A stretch of 64,000 nucleotides of DNA from Acidobacteriota bacterium (lineage in GTDB: Bacteria > Acidobacteriota > CAIWXX01), in NCBI GenBank assembly GCA_040755995.1, contig JBFMAF010000032.1, forward strand, positions 33,296 through 97,295. Direction: 5' to 3'. The position numbers and the translations under genes are program-made. Numbering within the stretch: position 1 is the first letter of the stretch; the number at the start of each line of letters is the position of its first letter. The notes under the pieces were generated by a model. That model did not search any database and was not told where the DNA came from. It saw only the letters and a program-made list of their open reading frames with translations. Below, piece after piece: positions 37,279-47,354 of this stretch.

Positions 37279-39402
37279 ATGGAGCTTATGGCGAAGAAAC
37301 GGAAGCGCCCAGACCGCCGGGCTCCGGCCGCCGCCGGTGCACCGCGCAAGCCTGTGTGGACACCTCGCGCGAGCCAGCTGGCCGTCGTGTTCGTCGCGGC
37401 CGTCGCCGCGCGCCTCGCCGTCATCAGCGACCTGTCCGAGCTTCCGCTCTTCAGAACTCCGCAGCTGGACCCGCACGAGTTCTTGAACTGGGCCCAGAGC
37501 ATCGCGCGGGGAGGTGCCGCGTGGCCCGAGCTGCCATCGCACGCACCGGGCTACCCGTGGTTCCTCGGCGCCCTGCTGTGGGCGTTCGGCGAGTCGATCG
37601 GCGCTGCACGATTCGTACAGGCGCTCCTCGGCGGCTTGCTCTGCGCGATGGTCGCCGACGCCGCTGCTCGAATCTGGAACCGGCGCGCCGGTTGGTGCGC
37701 GGGACTCCTGCTGGCCTTCTGCGGGCCTGCCATCTACGTCGATGTCTCACTGCTTGCGGAAGGCCTGATGACCCTGCTGCTGGTCTCCGCCCTGTGGAGC
37801 CTGCTGCGCCTTCGCGCGGGCCCGTGGACGGCCTTCGCGGCCGGGGCCCTGGTTGGAGCCGCAGCCTTCACTCGCGCCACCGCCCTCGTGGTTCTCCCGC
37901 TTGTCTTGATCTACGTGGCAACGGTCCCGGCCTGGCCGCGGAAGTGGGCGAGCAGCGGGCTCGCGCTTCTTGCGGCAGCAGCCTTCGTGATCCCCGGCGC
38001 AGCAGCCGCTTCGCGGGCTGCGGCGTGCTTCGTCCCTCTGCAAGCCTTCAGCGGCCTCAATCTCTACATGGGAAACAGCCCGGCTCTCGGCGGCGTCCCC
38101 GCGGGGAGGATCGGCGGCTCATGGGACCGGCTCTTCGCCGAGCCCGTCGCTCTCGGCTTCGAAGACTCGCGGTCCCAGGATCGTTTCTTCGTCCGCAAGA
38201 CCGTCGCCGAGGTTCGATCCGATCCCCGCAGTTGGCTCCGCGTGCTCGGCAGGAAGGTTCTGCGCCTGATCCAGAGAGACGAGATCCGCGAGACGCACAG
38301 CTACCATTTCTTCGAGGCCAACTCGCGCCTTCTTCGCCGGCTTCCGGGGTTCGGCCTCTTCTTCCCGCTGGGCCTTGCGGGGATTCTCTTGGGGCGTCCC
38401 AGCGACGGGCACCGCCGAGGGCTCCTCATCGGATACCTGCTGCTCATCTCGGCCTCGTGCGTCCTCATCATAGTGTCCTCGCGCTACCGTGCTCCGCTCT
38501 ACCCGGTGCTCGCGACATTCGCCGGCGCAGCCGCGGATGAGGCGCTGCGCGTCGCGCGGGAGCGGCGATGGAAGCGTCTCGCACTGATGGCGGCGGTTGC
38601 GGCCGCTGGAACGGCGGCTTCATTCGCAGGCGGCCATTCGCCAAGCAGGAACCTGGCTGAGGAATGGGCGTTGACCGGCAGCTCGCTGGAGCTGGAGGGG
38701 CGCGAGGTGGAGGCCTTGGGAGCGTACGAGCGGGCTCTCGCGCTCGACCCGGCGCAGTCGTTCGCGCTTGATGCGATGGGACGCCAGTCCATGCGCCGGG
38801 GTGACTGGCAGGCGGCCGAGAGCGTATTCACGCGGGCCGTGCAGGTTGATCCCGAGTATCACATGAGCCAGTACCATCTGGGCTACGCGCTGCTGCGGAG
38901 TGGGGACAGTGCGGGTGCACGCCATCACTTCGAGAAGGCGGCCGCGGCGGCACCCGACTACGCGCCGGCGCGCGAGGGCTTTGCCGCGATGCTGTTGGAT
39001 GAAGGCCGCCTGCGCAGCGCCGTCTACGAGAGTTACGCAGCCGTTGCGCACGGAGAGCAGGCGCCGTCGGCCTGGATGACGCTTGCCAGGGTGCAGGGCG
39101 CAGTCGGACTGCCCTGGCGCGGCGTCGAGTTCGCGCGCCGCGCGGCCCAGGCGGGGCCCGAGAATCCCGACGCCTGGCTTCTCCTGGCCATGCTGTCGGG
39201 CGAGGCCGGCGATACGGCCGCGTGTCGTGACGCGGTCGAGCGTGCCGAGGCGCTGGCGGGTCGGGATTCGCCGCCGGTGGCGTTCCAGCGCGCGCTGCTC
39301 CTGAGGCGCGAGGGTCGCCTGGTGGAGTCCGAGGATGAGCTGCGGCGGCTGCTGGCTGCTCACCCGGACTTCGAGCCGGCCCGCCAGGCTCTCCAGCCTT
39401 GA
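37279..39402 (+). CDS. GT-C (PMT/ArnT-like, GT39) membrane glycosyltransferase with C-terminal TPR repeats
   Basis: PQLD, PGYPWFLG, GLNLYMGN, RYRAPLYP; TPR-like YERALALDP, FTRAVQVDP. Confidence 0.8.
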   Translation: MELMAKKRKRPDRRAPAAAGAPRKPVWTPRASQLAVVFVAAVAARLAVISDLSELPLFRTPQLDPHEFLNWAQSIARGGAAWPELPSHAPGYPWFLGALLWAFGESIGAARFVQALLGGLLCAMVADAAARIWNRRAGWCAGLLLAFCGPAIYVDVSLLAEGLMTLLLVSALWSLLRLRAGPWTAFAAGALVGAAAFTRATALVVLPLVLIYVATVPAWPRKWASSGLALLAAAAFVIPGAAAASRAAACFVPLQAFSGLNLYMGNSPALGGVPAGRIGGSWDRLFAEPVALGFEDSRSQDRFFVRKTVAEVRSDPRSWLRVLGRKVLRLIQRDEIRETHSYHFFEANSRLLRRLPGFGLFFPLGLAGILLGRPSDGHRRGLLIGYLLLISASCVLIIVSSRYRAPLYPVLATFAGAAADEALRVARERRWKRLALMAAVAAAGTAASFAGGHSPSRNLAEEWALTGSSLELEGREVEALGAYERALALDPAQSFALDAMGRQSMRRGDWQAAESVFTRAVQVDPEYHMSQYHLGYALLRSGDSAGARHHFEKAAAAAPDYAPAREGFAAMLLDEGRLRSAVYESYAAVAHGEQAPSAWMTLARVQGAVGLPWRGVEFARRAAQAGPENPDAWLLLAMLSGEAGDTAACRDAVERAEALAGRDSPPVAFQRALLLRREGRLVESEDELRRLLAAHPDFEPARQALQP

Positions 39403-39430
39403 CGGCCGGCGCCCCGAGCGTCGTTGCCCT

Positions 39431-40654
39431 TCACCTGGATCCTCCCCGCTCGTCAGCGCTCGCTCCCGACATGGGTGCCTCCTCCAGCACCGGCATGCCA
39501 AGGCCATCCCTGTAGCACGCGGCCATCCGGCGCTTGAACTTATCGAAGCTGTACTCATCCGTGAAGAGCCGCTTCCCGCGGCGCCCGAGCTCTTCGCGCA
39601 GGGCCGCATCCTGGATGAGGCGGCTGATCTCCGCACCGAACGCCTCCGGCTCGGGCGCCGCCAGAACCGCGAGCGTGCTGTCCAGGAGTAGCCGGTTCGC
39701 CTCGGTGTCCGCGGCGACGATCGCGCGACCGGCCTTCAGGTAGTCCAGCAGCTTCAACGGGGTGTTGACACCCGACAGTCGCGGCGAAAGCAGGATATCG
39801 GAAGCGGAGAGGTAGTGCGGCAAGTCCTCCGGTGGGATCTGCCCGAGGAACGTCACGGCGTTTTCGCATCCCTTCTCGCCGAGCATCGCGCGGTACCTTG
39901 CGATCTCGTCCGGCGAGCCTCCGATGATGGCGAAGCGGGCCTCCGGATGCCGCGCGACAACGTGCGGAATAGCCTGGAACATCACGTCGATCCCCTGGTA
40001 CACGGCGAACGACCCGACGTACGTGGCCAACACCTGGCCCGGCTGATCGCAGAGACTCTGCCGGATAGCGCGCGCCCTTTCGCCGTCGGGCTCGGCCAGA
40101 GACGAGGGAATATCCGGGATCTCAAAGACGCGATCGCTCGGGACGATCTTGCGAACCTGCGCCCCGAGCCCTGGTCCCGTGCATATCACAGCGTCCGCCC
40201 GCCGCGCCAGAAAGCGTTCCACTCGGGAGTAGCAGTTCATCACGAAGTTGCGGAGGAGGCCACCGCGGTACGAGGCGGGGTCCGAGTGCTTCTCGTACAA
40301 GAACCGGCTGCCCGTCAGGCGAGCCACGGTCAGTGCGATCGCGCCCGCATCCTCGACGCCGTGAATGACGGCATACCGGCGGCGGATTACCAGGGCGACG
40401 GCGGCAACGAGCAGGAGGACGCCGAAGGCGACCTTGATGATCGACGGGCCGATAGGCACGTGATGGGCCAAGAACAGGTTGGGCACGCGGATGATGTGCA
40501 CACCGGGGATCTGGATCCGCCGTCCCACCGGCAGGGTCAGCAGATCGACGATCAACCCCAGTTCGGCCAGACAGCGGACGTTGAACATCACGCGGATGGG
40601 CGACCCGCGCCATTCGAGGAATGGCTGGGAGGCGATGAGCAACAGTCTTCTCAT
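39431..40654 (-). CDS. GT4 glycosyltransferase
   Basis: YVGSFAVYQGID, FLGQIP, SDILLSPR, NTPLKLLDYLKAGRAIVA. Confidence 0.9.
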   Translation of the reverse strand: MRRLLLIASQPFLEWRGSPIRVMFNVRCLAELGLIVDLLTLPVGRRIQIPGVHIIRVPNLFLAHHVPIGPSIIKVAFGVLLLVAAVALVIRRRYAVIHGVEDAGAIALTVARLTGSRFLYEKHSDPASYRGGLLRNFVMNCYSRVERFLARRADAVICTGPGLGAQVRKIVPSDRVFEIPDIPSSLAEPDGERARAIRQSLCDQPGQVLATYVGSFAVYQGIDVMFQAIPHVVARHPEARFAIIGGSPDEIARYRAMLGEKGCENAVTFLGQIPPEDLPHYLSASDILLSPRLSGVNTPLKLLDYLKAGRAIVAADTEANRLLLDSTLAVLAAPEPEAFGAEISRLIQDAALREELGRRGKRLFTDEYSFDKFKRRMAACYRDGLGMPVLEEAPMSGASADERGGSR

Positions 40655-40885
40655 GCGGCTGGCCTCTCGCCATCACACTGTACCGTGAGTTCAACGTCGA
40701 ATTCCACCGAGACGGGACACCGGCCTCTTGCACGCGCACGGCGCTCGGCAAGCGGACTCCTTCCTCGACACCGGACCTCTGACCTGCTCAGCAGCAGCTC
40801 CAGCCCCGTTCGACTCATGGACCCTCTGATCCACAGCTCCACCTCCTTCGGCTGTGGTCGTGGACCCAACAAGGGCAGAGAGGTC

Positions 40886-41659
40886 TCACTCGCGGGAGTC
40901 CATCCTCTTTCTGATGACCCTGGCCGGCACCCCAGCGGCGATGGAACACGGGGGTATGTCCTTTGTTACGACCGCTCCTGCCCCGATGATGCTATCATGC
41001 CCGATCCGCACACCGTCCAGCACCACGGCGTATGCTCCGAACCAGCAGTTCCGCTCGATCACCAGCTCGCCCCGAAAGTACTGCCCCTGCTCCATGATCG
41101 GGATGTCCAGCCTTTGGTGATGATAGCGGCCGCCGCCGATGTAGCAGCGGGCTCCGAACAGCCCGTAGTCCTCGATGACGATCTTGCCGCGCGAGGAGTA
41201 GACCAGGCAGTCCACGCCGAAGTTGCAGTGCTGCCCGATCTGCATGAAGCCGTCTTTCCCGCCCAGAATCGTGTTTCTGCTGACGATCGTCCCGCTGCCG
41301 ACGATGAGGGCAGCGCCACCGCCCTCCTTGCCCCTGCCGTCGAGTGTACAACCGTCGTCAACCAGTATGTTGTCGCCAAGCTCGATGCGATGGGGGTGCC
41401 GGAGCAAGACGTCCCGGCCGAGGACCACACCCCTGCCCATACGCAGGAACAGTCCACGGTAGAACCTCTTGCGTGCCCACAAGCCCAGAGCACCGTGGAG
41501 GCCGCTGAGAAGCATGGTCAGCAGCTCGTACCTCAGCAGCGGCATCAGTCCTTCGCGGCCGACGAATAAATCCTGATAGCGCTTCTGAGGCGAAGCGGAC
41601 TCGTCTGTTATCTGCTTCTGAAAGGACGTACCTCTGCCGGTGGCCTGACTAGTCGACAT
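40886..41659 (-). CDS. Hexapeptide-repeat acyltransferase
   Basis: Left-handed beta-helix repeats; IGAGAVVTKDIP..IAAGVPARVI. Confidence 0.9.
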   Translation of the reverse strand: MSTSQATGRGTSFQKQITDESASPQKRYQDLFVGREGLMPLLRYELLTMLLSGLHGALGLWARKRFYRGLFLRMGRGVVLGRDVLLRHPHRIELGDNILVDDGCTLDGRGKEGGGAALIVGSGTIVSRNTILGGKDGFMQIGQHCNFGVDCLVYSSRGKIVIEDYGLFGARCYIGGGRYHHQRLDIPIMEQGQYFRGELVIERNCWFGAYAVVLDGVRIGHDSIIGAGAVVTKDIPPCSIAAGVPARVIRKRMDSRE

Positions 41660-41816
41660 CGGTTCGAAATCTCCTCATGTGCGATCCAGGGTAACCCCCG
41701 AGACACAATAGCCTATCATACTGATCGCCCTGCGGGGACTCTGATGTCCGGAGAACCTGCGAGCCGCAAGCGTCTAGAAATCGCCTCCCACGCGTGATAC
41801 CATTTCCGCTTCGCAC

Positions 41817-43337
41817 ATGCTGAAAGTGCAGTTGTTCGTGCCGCCTCAGGGCTACGTGGCCCAGCGATGGGAGCATGGGAGCTCGATGCCACCACTGGGT
41901 GTTCTCTACCTTGCCGCCGTGCTCGAGCAGAAAGGCATCGATGTTCAGATCGTCCCCGCCGACGTGCTCGGCTACGACTGGAAGCAGATACAGGGGGTAA
42001 TCGCCGATTTCAGACCGGACCTGCTCGGAGTGACCACCACCACGGAGAACCGCTTCGATTCGTTCCGTCTTGTCCGCGAGGCCAAGAGAGCGAACCCCAC
42101 CATTAAGACCATCCTGGGCGGCCCGCATATCTCGATGGCCAAGGAAGACACGATGCGGCACATCCCCGATGTCGATTTCCTTGCGATCGGCGAGGGAGAG
42201 GAGACACTCTCCGAGCTCTGTGACGCACTGGCCTGTGGAGGCGACGTCTCGAAGGTCAGGGGCCTCTATATCCGGAACGGCGGCAGCCCGATCTTCACCG
42301 GCGTTCGCCCTCCGATTGCGGATCTGGATCGCCTGCCCTTCCCGGCACGCCACAAGGTCCCGGTCGACGAGTATCGCTTCAAGGTCACCTCGCGTGACGG
42401 CCGGGAGCGGGTGGCGCAGAACATGATGACCTCGCGCGGCTGCCCGTTCAACTGCTACTTCTGCGCCACTCCGGTCAACTGGGGCCGGCGCGTCCGGGGG
42501 TACACGCCGGAGCGGATTCTGGCGGAGATCGAGCATCTGATCGAACACTATGGCGCCGAGTTCATTTGGATATACGACGATACGTTCAACTACAACCCGC
42601 AGCGTGTGCACCGGACGATGGACATGATCATCGAGCGTAAGCTCGACATCAAGTTCGCCTGTGAGTTCCGGATCGACGTCGCCGACAGGCCCCTCCTCGA
42701 GAAGATGGTCCGAGCAGGCCTGGAGCTCGCGTTCTTCGGAATCGAGGCCGGCTCGGACCGCATCCGCCGCGAGGTTGTTCACAAGGAGTTCTCGCTGGAC
42801 AAGGCCTTTCAGTTTCTCTCTCTTGCCAAGGAGCTGGGGTTCATTCCTAATCCCTTCTTCATCTTCTCGCACCACGGAGAGACATGGAGTGATGCACAGG
42901 AGACCATCCGAATCATCGAGGAAGTGAAGGCCGTGAATCCGGAGGCTGATATCAGCACGGCCATACTCCATGTCTACCCCGGCACACCGCTCGAGGAGAT
43001 CGCCCGCCGCGAGGGGATCATCCCCAGCGATTTCTCGTGGGCAAAGGCGGCGGACATGAAGAGAACCTTCACGCTGCCTGCCGCACAGGGTCACGTGCCG
43101 CTCTTCAAGCACCTGTTGAGCTGGGGGCAGATCGCCGAGCTGGTCGTACGATGGTCTGCGACGCGCAAGAAGGGACTCTCGCGATCCAAGATCCTGAAGG
43201 TGCTCAAGACAGTCGACTCCTGGAAATCGTTCTACATCTACACCATCTTCTTCCTAACGATGGTGAAGCTCAAGCTGAAGGCGTGCGTGGCTCGTCCGCG
43301 AACCAGGTCCGGCGACGCCTCCGCGACCTCGACCTGA
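41817..43337 (+). CDS. B12-binding domain radical SAM enzyme
   Basis: PPLGVLYLAA, GGPH, GEGE, SRGCPFNCYFC, FGIEAGS, YPGTPL. Confidence 0.92.
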   Translation: MLKVQLFVPPQGYVAQRWEHGSSMPPLGVLYLAAVLEQKGIDVQIVPADVLGYDWKQIQGVIADFRPDLLGVTTTTENRFDSFRLVREAKRANPTIKTILGGPHISMAKEDTMRHIPDVDFLAIGEGEETLSELCDALACGGDVSKVRGLYIRNGGSPIFTGVRPPIADLDRLPFPARHKVPVDEYRFKVTSRDGRERVAQNMMTSRGCPFNCYFCATPVNWGRRVRGYTPERILAEIEHLIEHYGAEFIWIYDDTFNYNPQRVHRTMDMIIERKLDIKFACEFRIDVADRPLLEKMVRAGLELAFFGIEAGSDRIRREVVHKEFSLDKAFQFLSLAKELGFIPNPFFIFSHHGETWSDAQETIRIIEEVKAVNPEADISTAILHVYPGTPLEEIARREGIIPSDFSWAKAADMKRTFTLPAAQGHVPLFKHLLSWGQIAELVVRWSATRKKGLSRSKILKVLKTVDSWKSFYIYTIFFLTMVKLKLKACVARPRTRSGDASATST

Positions 43338-43390
43338 CTCCTCCCGTCGCCCAGACCCGCCCGGCGACCGGCGCCAGCTGGTCGCAATCG

Positions 43391-43517
43391 CCCTGATCCC
43401 GCGCTAAGGCCGCATCTGCTGCGTTGCCTTCGTCGCTGCGGTGCTCACGTACCAGGGTGTACGCTGCGCTCCTCGCTCCTCGGCGCCTTGCAGCTGCGGC
43501 CTTATCGCGGGCCAGGG
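43391..43517. repeat. Long imperfect palindrome (REP/MITE-like intergenic element)
   Basis: CCCTG..CCCGCG.TAAGGCCGCA.CTGC pairs with GCAG.TGCGGCCTTA.CGCGGG..CAGGG; central GTAC-N7-GTAC. Confidence 0.6.
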
Positions 43518-43567
43518 CCCTCCGGGGTTTGCCCCGTTAGCGCTGGATTGGGGAATCGTGCCATTCA

Positions 43568-44488
43568 TTGATACATTTCCTTCCTCAGTCTAGGATGTGT
43601 GCCGTGAACTGGGAGCGGGTGCCGGCCGGAGGGACTGGGATCAGGTGCAGGCCGCTGCCGCTCATAGCCATGCTCTGGCAGGGCCTTGCCACGCAGGCCC
43701 CGCTTGCCGGCCTCGCATACCTGTCAGCGCCTGCACGGCTCCTGATCGCCGAGTCCGACGACGCAGTGGCCTCCGATCTGCTCGACCGGGTGAATCGGGA
43801 ACGCAAGTCCGTGGGCTTGCCTGCACTCTGTGATGACGGAGAGATCCGCGAGACCGCGCGGAGGCACTCGGCGGAAATGATGGCAGCGGGCCGGATCTAT
43901 CACGACTCTCCGATCACAGGATCCTCGGAGGACCGGCTTCGGGACGTCTCGCTGTTCTTCTGGAAGTCCGGCGAGAACGTGGCACGAGGTCCCGAAGCAG
44001 CCATGATTCACATCGGTCTCATGGAGAGCCCGCCGCACCGCGAGAACATTCTCGACCCTGGGTTCACGCACGTCGGGATCGGGGTGGTCTCGAACGGGTC
44101 GGACCTCTACGTCACCCAGTTGTTCCTCAGGGTGTTGCCCAAGGCCGGGCCGGCGGAGCTTGTGGATGCGGCTCTCACGAAGCTGCAGAAGATTCGGGGC
44201 GAGCGGCGTCTGCTGCCGCTCAGGAAAGACATGGCGCTTGTGCGCGAGGCCGAGCGCCTGGTAGAGCAGATGTACCAACATGACTCGCAGCAACCGGAAA
44301 GCCTCTCTCCCGGGCTCTCGAACCGGAGTGTCCGCATCATCGGGTGCGTCGGCGAGTCACCGCCATGGGAGACCGTGGGCGAGGCAGCCGGCTTCAGATG
44401 GAATAGCGTAGGGATCGGGGCCATCCAGGGTCGCAGCAAGACGTGGCCTCACGGCGCGAACTGGTACGTCATCCTGCTTGGGGATTGA
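43568..44488 (+). CDS. CAP (SCP) domain protein; start uncertain
   Basis: VNRERKSVGL, ARRHSAEM, GENVA, LMESPPHRENILDPGFTHVGIGV. Confidence 0.85.
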   Translation: MIHFLPQSRMCAVNWERVPAGGTGIRCRPLPLIAMLWQGLATQAPLAGLAYLSAPARLLIAESDDAVASDLLDRVNRERKSVGLPALCDDGEIRETARRHSAEMMAAGRIYHDSPITGSSEDRLRDVSLFFWKSGENVARGPEAAMIHIGLMESPPHRENILDPGFTHVGIGVVSNGSDLYVTQLFLRVLPKAGPAELVDAALTKLQKIRGERRLLPLRKDMALVREAERLVEQMYQHDSQQPESLSPGLSNRSVRIIGCVGESPPWETVGEAAGFRWNSVGIGAIQGRSKTWPHGANWYVILLGD

Positions 44489-44715
44489 ACATGGGCGCGG
44501 TGACGCAGCGCAGCAGCCCGGTCGACCTGATTACACCGTACTGAAAAAGAGCGATGACTCTCCCGGCAACGCGCCGCTCAGGCAGAAGGTGGGGGACGTC
44601 GAAATCATGGTACTGCCCGCCACCTCGTTCCTCCGGCGCCTGGTGTAGCCCCGCCCGCTCGCCGAGTATTGTAGCGCAGTCGATACTGAGATAGGCTTGG
44701 CGCAGGAGGACTCAG

Positions 44716-45399
44716 ATGAGCGGAGCGGAGAAGCGCTATCACTTCGACGAGGCCTATCGTGAGGTCGCGACGCTGGGGGACGGCACTGAGGTGCTTCTGC
44801 GCACACTCCGGCAGTCCGATAGGGATGGGCTGCTCGATGGGTTCGACAAGCTCTCTCCCGAGTCGCGCTACTTCAGGTTCCTGACGAACAAGGCACGCTT
44901 GACCGAGGAGGATCTGGATCGTCTCCTGTCGGTCGACGGGGTCAATCATTTCGCCCTCGTTGCACTCTCGACCGGCCGCGACCGTGCTGTGGGAGGCCTA
45001 GGGGTGGCTCGATTTGTCCGGTTGGAGGACGAGCCCGAGGTGGCCGAGCCTGCGATCACAGTCGTGGACCATGCGCAGAAGAAGGGGCTCGGCTCGCTGT
45101 TGCTCCATCGCCTCGGGGCGGCCGCCAGGGAACGGGGTATCAAGCGATTCCTGTGCCAGTTTCTGGCGAGCAACCTGCCGGTGCGACGCCTGCTCGAAGA
45201 GTACTCCAGCGTGGCTGTGCTCGACTGCGACGAGAGCGGTCTGGTACGTGCGGAGGTTCCGGTTCCCGAGGTGGATCCCTCGGCGTACCCGACGCCCGCA
45301 GACCGGCACAACATCGCATATCGTTTGTTGAGCGACTCCGCGCGCGGCAGAATCCGCGTGCGGCTCGGCCGGCTGCTCCTCAAGCACGACGATCGCTGA
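44716..45399 (+). CDS. GNAT N-acetyltransferase
   Basis: LSPESRYFRF, HFALVA, GVARFVR, AITVVDHAQKKGLGSLL; AGGAGG RBS. Confidence 0.88.
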   Translation: MSGAEKRYHFDEAYREVATLGDGTEVLLRTLRQSDRDGLLDGFDKLSPESRYFRFLTNKARLTEEDLDRLLSVDGVNHFALVALSTGRDRAVGGLGVARFVRLEDEPEVAEPAITVVDHAQKKGLGSLLLHRLGAAARERGIKRFLCQFLASNLPVRRLLEEYSSVAVLDCDESGLVRAEVPVPEVDPSAYPTPADRHNIAYRLLSDSARGRIRVRLGRLLLKHDDR

Positions 45400-45501
45400 C
45401 AGGATTCCGCCGTGCTGCAGGACCTCGAACCGACCGGCCGGAACACCACGACTGCCAACCGATCAATATCGGACTAGAGCGCCGGAGCGCCGGCGCCATC
45501 A

Positions 45502-45530
45502 TTGACAGCGGGAGCCAGTTACCGTAGGAT
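45502..45530 (+). promoter_or_regulatory. Sigma70-type promoter of the acyl-CoA ligase gene
   Basis: TTGACA-17-TAGGAT. Confidence 0.65.
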
Positions 45531-45592
45531 GCGGTTCATCTGGAACACGGGCGGACCGCGGGCATTTCATCGCCACACCATGGGAGGTACAC

Positions 45593-47278
45593 ATGGAGCG
45601 TTTCTGGACCAAGCATTACGAACCGGAAGTCCCGAAGGATCTCGCTTTCGAGCAGAAGACCGTCGTTCAGTATTTCTACGAGACCGTGAGCCGCCATGCG
45701 GACCGTCCCGCACTGACTCTCAAGGGCAAGACGCTCACCTACGGGCAGCTCAAGGATCTGGTTGACCGTTTCGCCACGGCGCTCGCCGGGCTGGGGGTGA
45801 AGAAGGACAGCCGAGTGGCTCTCTGGTTGCCGAACCTGCCTCAGATGGTCATCGGATTCGTCGCGACGCTCCGCCTCGGCGCGCAGGTCGTGAATACCAA
45901 CCCGCTGTACGTGGAGAGGGAGATCGAGCACCAGTTCAACGATGCCGGCGTCTCGGTTGTCGTCACGCTCGACTATCTCTGGTGGTACAAGCTGAGAGGA
46001 ATACTGGGCAAGACGAAGGTACAGCACGTCATAGTCACTTCGATACCGGACTACCTGCCGTTCCCGCTCAATTTTCTCGCCCCTCTAAAGCTTAAGAAGA
46101 CCAAGCAGTATGTGAAGGTACCCAGGGAGAACAACGTCTATTTCTTCAAGGAGCTGGTCAGGAGCGCCCGACCTGAGCCTCCGGCTGTAGAGTACGGGCT
46201 CGATCATCTCGCAGTGCTGCAGTACACCGGCGGTACCACCGGCGTCTCCAAAGGCGCGATGCTCACCCACAAGAACATCTCGGCCAACGGGCAGCAGATC
46301 ATGTCGTGGTTTCCGCAGGTCGAGAAAGGCAAGGAGGTGCTGCTTGGTTGTCTGCCCTACTTCCACTCGTTCGGAATGACTGTCTCCCAGATCTGGCCGC
46401 TGATCGCGGGGGCCCACATCATACTTACCCCGAACCCGCGCGACATAGCCGATCTGGTTCACAGCATCACAAAGTACCGTGTGACGTTGTTCCCGGCGCT
46501 GCCGGCTCTGTATGTGGCGATCAATACCTATCCCGGGATCGAGAAGATCGACATATCGAGCATCAAAGGCTGCTTCTCCGGATCGGCGCCGCTGCCGGTC
46601 GAAGTGCTCGAACGGTTCGAGAAGCTCACCGGAGGCAGGATCACCGAGGGCTTCGGGCTCACGGAGACCTCGCCAGTGGCCCACGTGAACCCGCTCTTCG
46701 GACTGCGCAAGCCCGGCTCGGTCGGGATACCCGTCCCAGGCACCGACGCCAAAGTAGTCGATCTCGGAACCGGCGAACGCGAGCTGGGGGTCGGCGAGGA
46801 AGGGGAGCTTTGCATCAAGGGGCCGCAGGTGATGGCCGGCTACTGGAATCGCCCCGACGAGACTGCCAAGGTGCTGCGCGAGGGTTGGCTGTACACCGGA
46901 GATATCGCCAAAGTCGACGAGGACGGTTTCACCTTCATCGTGGGACGCAAGAAAGACATGATCGTCGCCAGCGGCTACAACGTCTATCCCGACGAAGTCG
47001 ACGCGGTGCTCTACACGCACCCCGCCGTTCTCGAGGCAGCCACCGTCGGCATCCCCGACGAGAAGCGCGGCGAGACTGTGATGTCATTCATTGTGCTCAA
47101 ACCCGGTGTGCAGGCTACATCCGAGGAGATCATCGAGTTCTGCAAGAAGAATCTCGCCGCCTACAAAGTGCCGAAACGGGTCGAATTCGTCACCGAGCTG
47201 CCCAAGAGCAGCATCATGAAGATCCTCCGCCGCGAGCTCCGCCAGCGCGAGCTGGCGAAGGGTGCGGCGAAGGGCTAG
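45593..47278 (+). CDS. fadD: Long-chain fatty acid--CoA ligase
   Basis: LQYTGGTTGVSKG, EGFGLTETSP, GWLYTGD, GRKKDMI, LPKS. Confidence 0.9.
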   Translation: MERFWTKHYEPEVPKDLAFEQKTVVQYFYETVSRHADRPALTLKGKTLTYGQLKDLVDRFATALAGLGVKKDSRVALWLPNLPQMVIGFVATLRLGAQVVNTNPLYVEREIEHQFNDAGVSVVVTLDYLWWYKLRGILGKTKVQHVIVTSIPDYLPFPLNFLAPLKLKKTKQYVKVPRENNVYFFKELVRSARPEPPAVEYGLDHLAVLQYTGGTTGVSKGAMLTHKNISANGQQIMSWFPQVEKGKEVLLGCLPYFHSFGMTVSQIWPLIAGAHIILTPNPRDIADLVHSITKYRVTLFPALPALYVAINTYPGIEKIDISSIKGCFSGSAPLPVEVLERFEKLTGGRITEGFGLTETSPVAHVNPLFGLRKPGSVGIPVPGTDAKVVDLGTGERELGVGEEGELCIKGPQVMAGYWNRPDETAKVLREGWLYTGDIAKVDEDGFTFIVGRKKDMIVASGYNVYPDEVDAVLYTHPAVLEAATVGIPDEKRGETVMSFIVLKPGVQATSEEIIEFCKKNLAAYKVPKRVEFVTELPKSSIMKILRRELRQRELAKGAAKG

Positions 47279-47308
47279 GCGGTAGTGCCGCTCCTCTGGA
47301 GGCTGCGT

Positions 47309-47336
47309 CTGACAACTGACAACCGACAACTGTCAA
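47309..47336 (+). repeat. CTGACAA heptamer tandem array, 4 units
   Basis: CTGACAA CTGACAA CCGACAA CTGTCAA. Confidence 0.75.
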
Positions 47337-47354
47337 CTCCCCTGGGGGTTCATA

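Noticed and set aside
40651..40872. 73-aa ORF between the acyltransferase and GT4
   Set aside because: TTG start and no recognisable motif; unsupported
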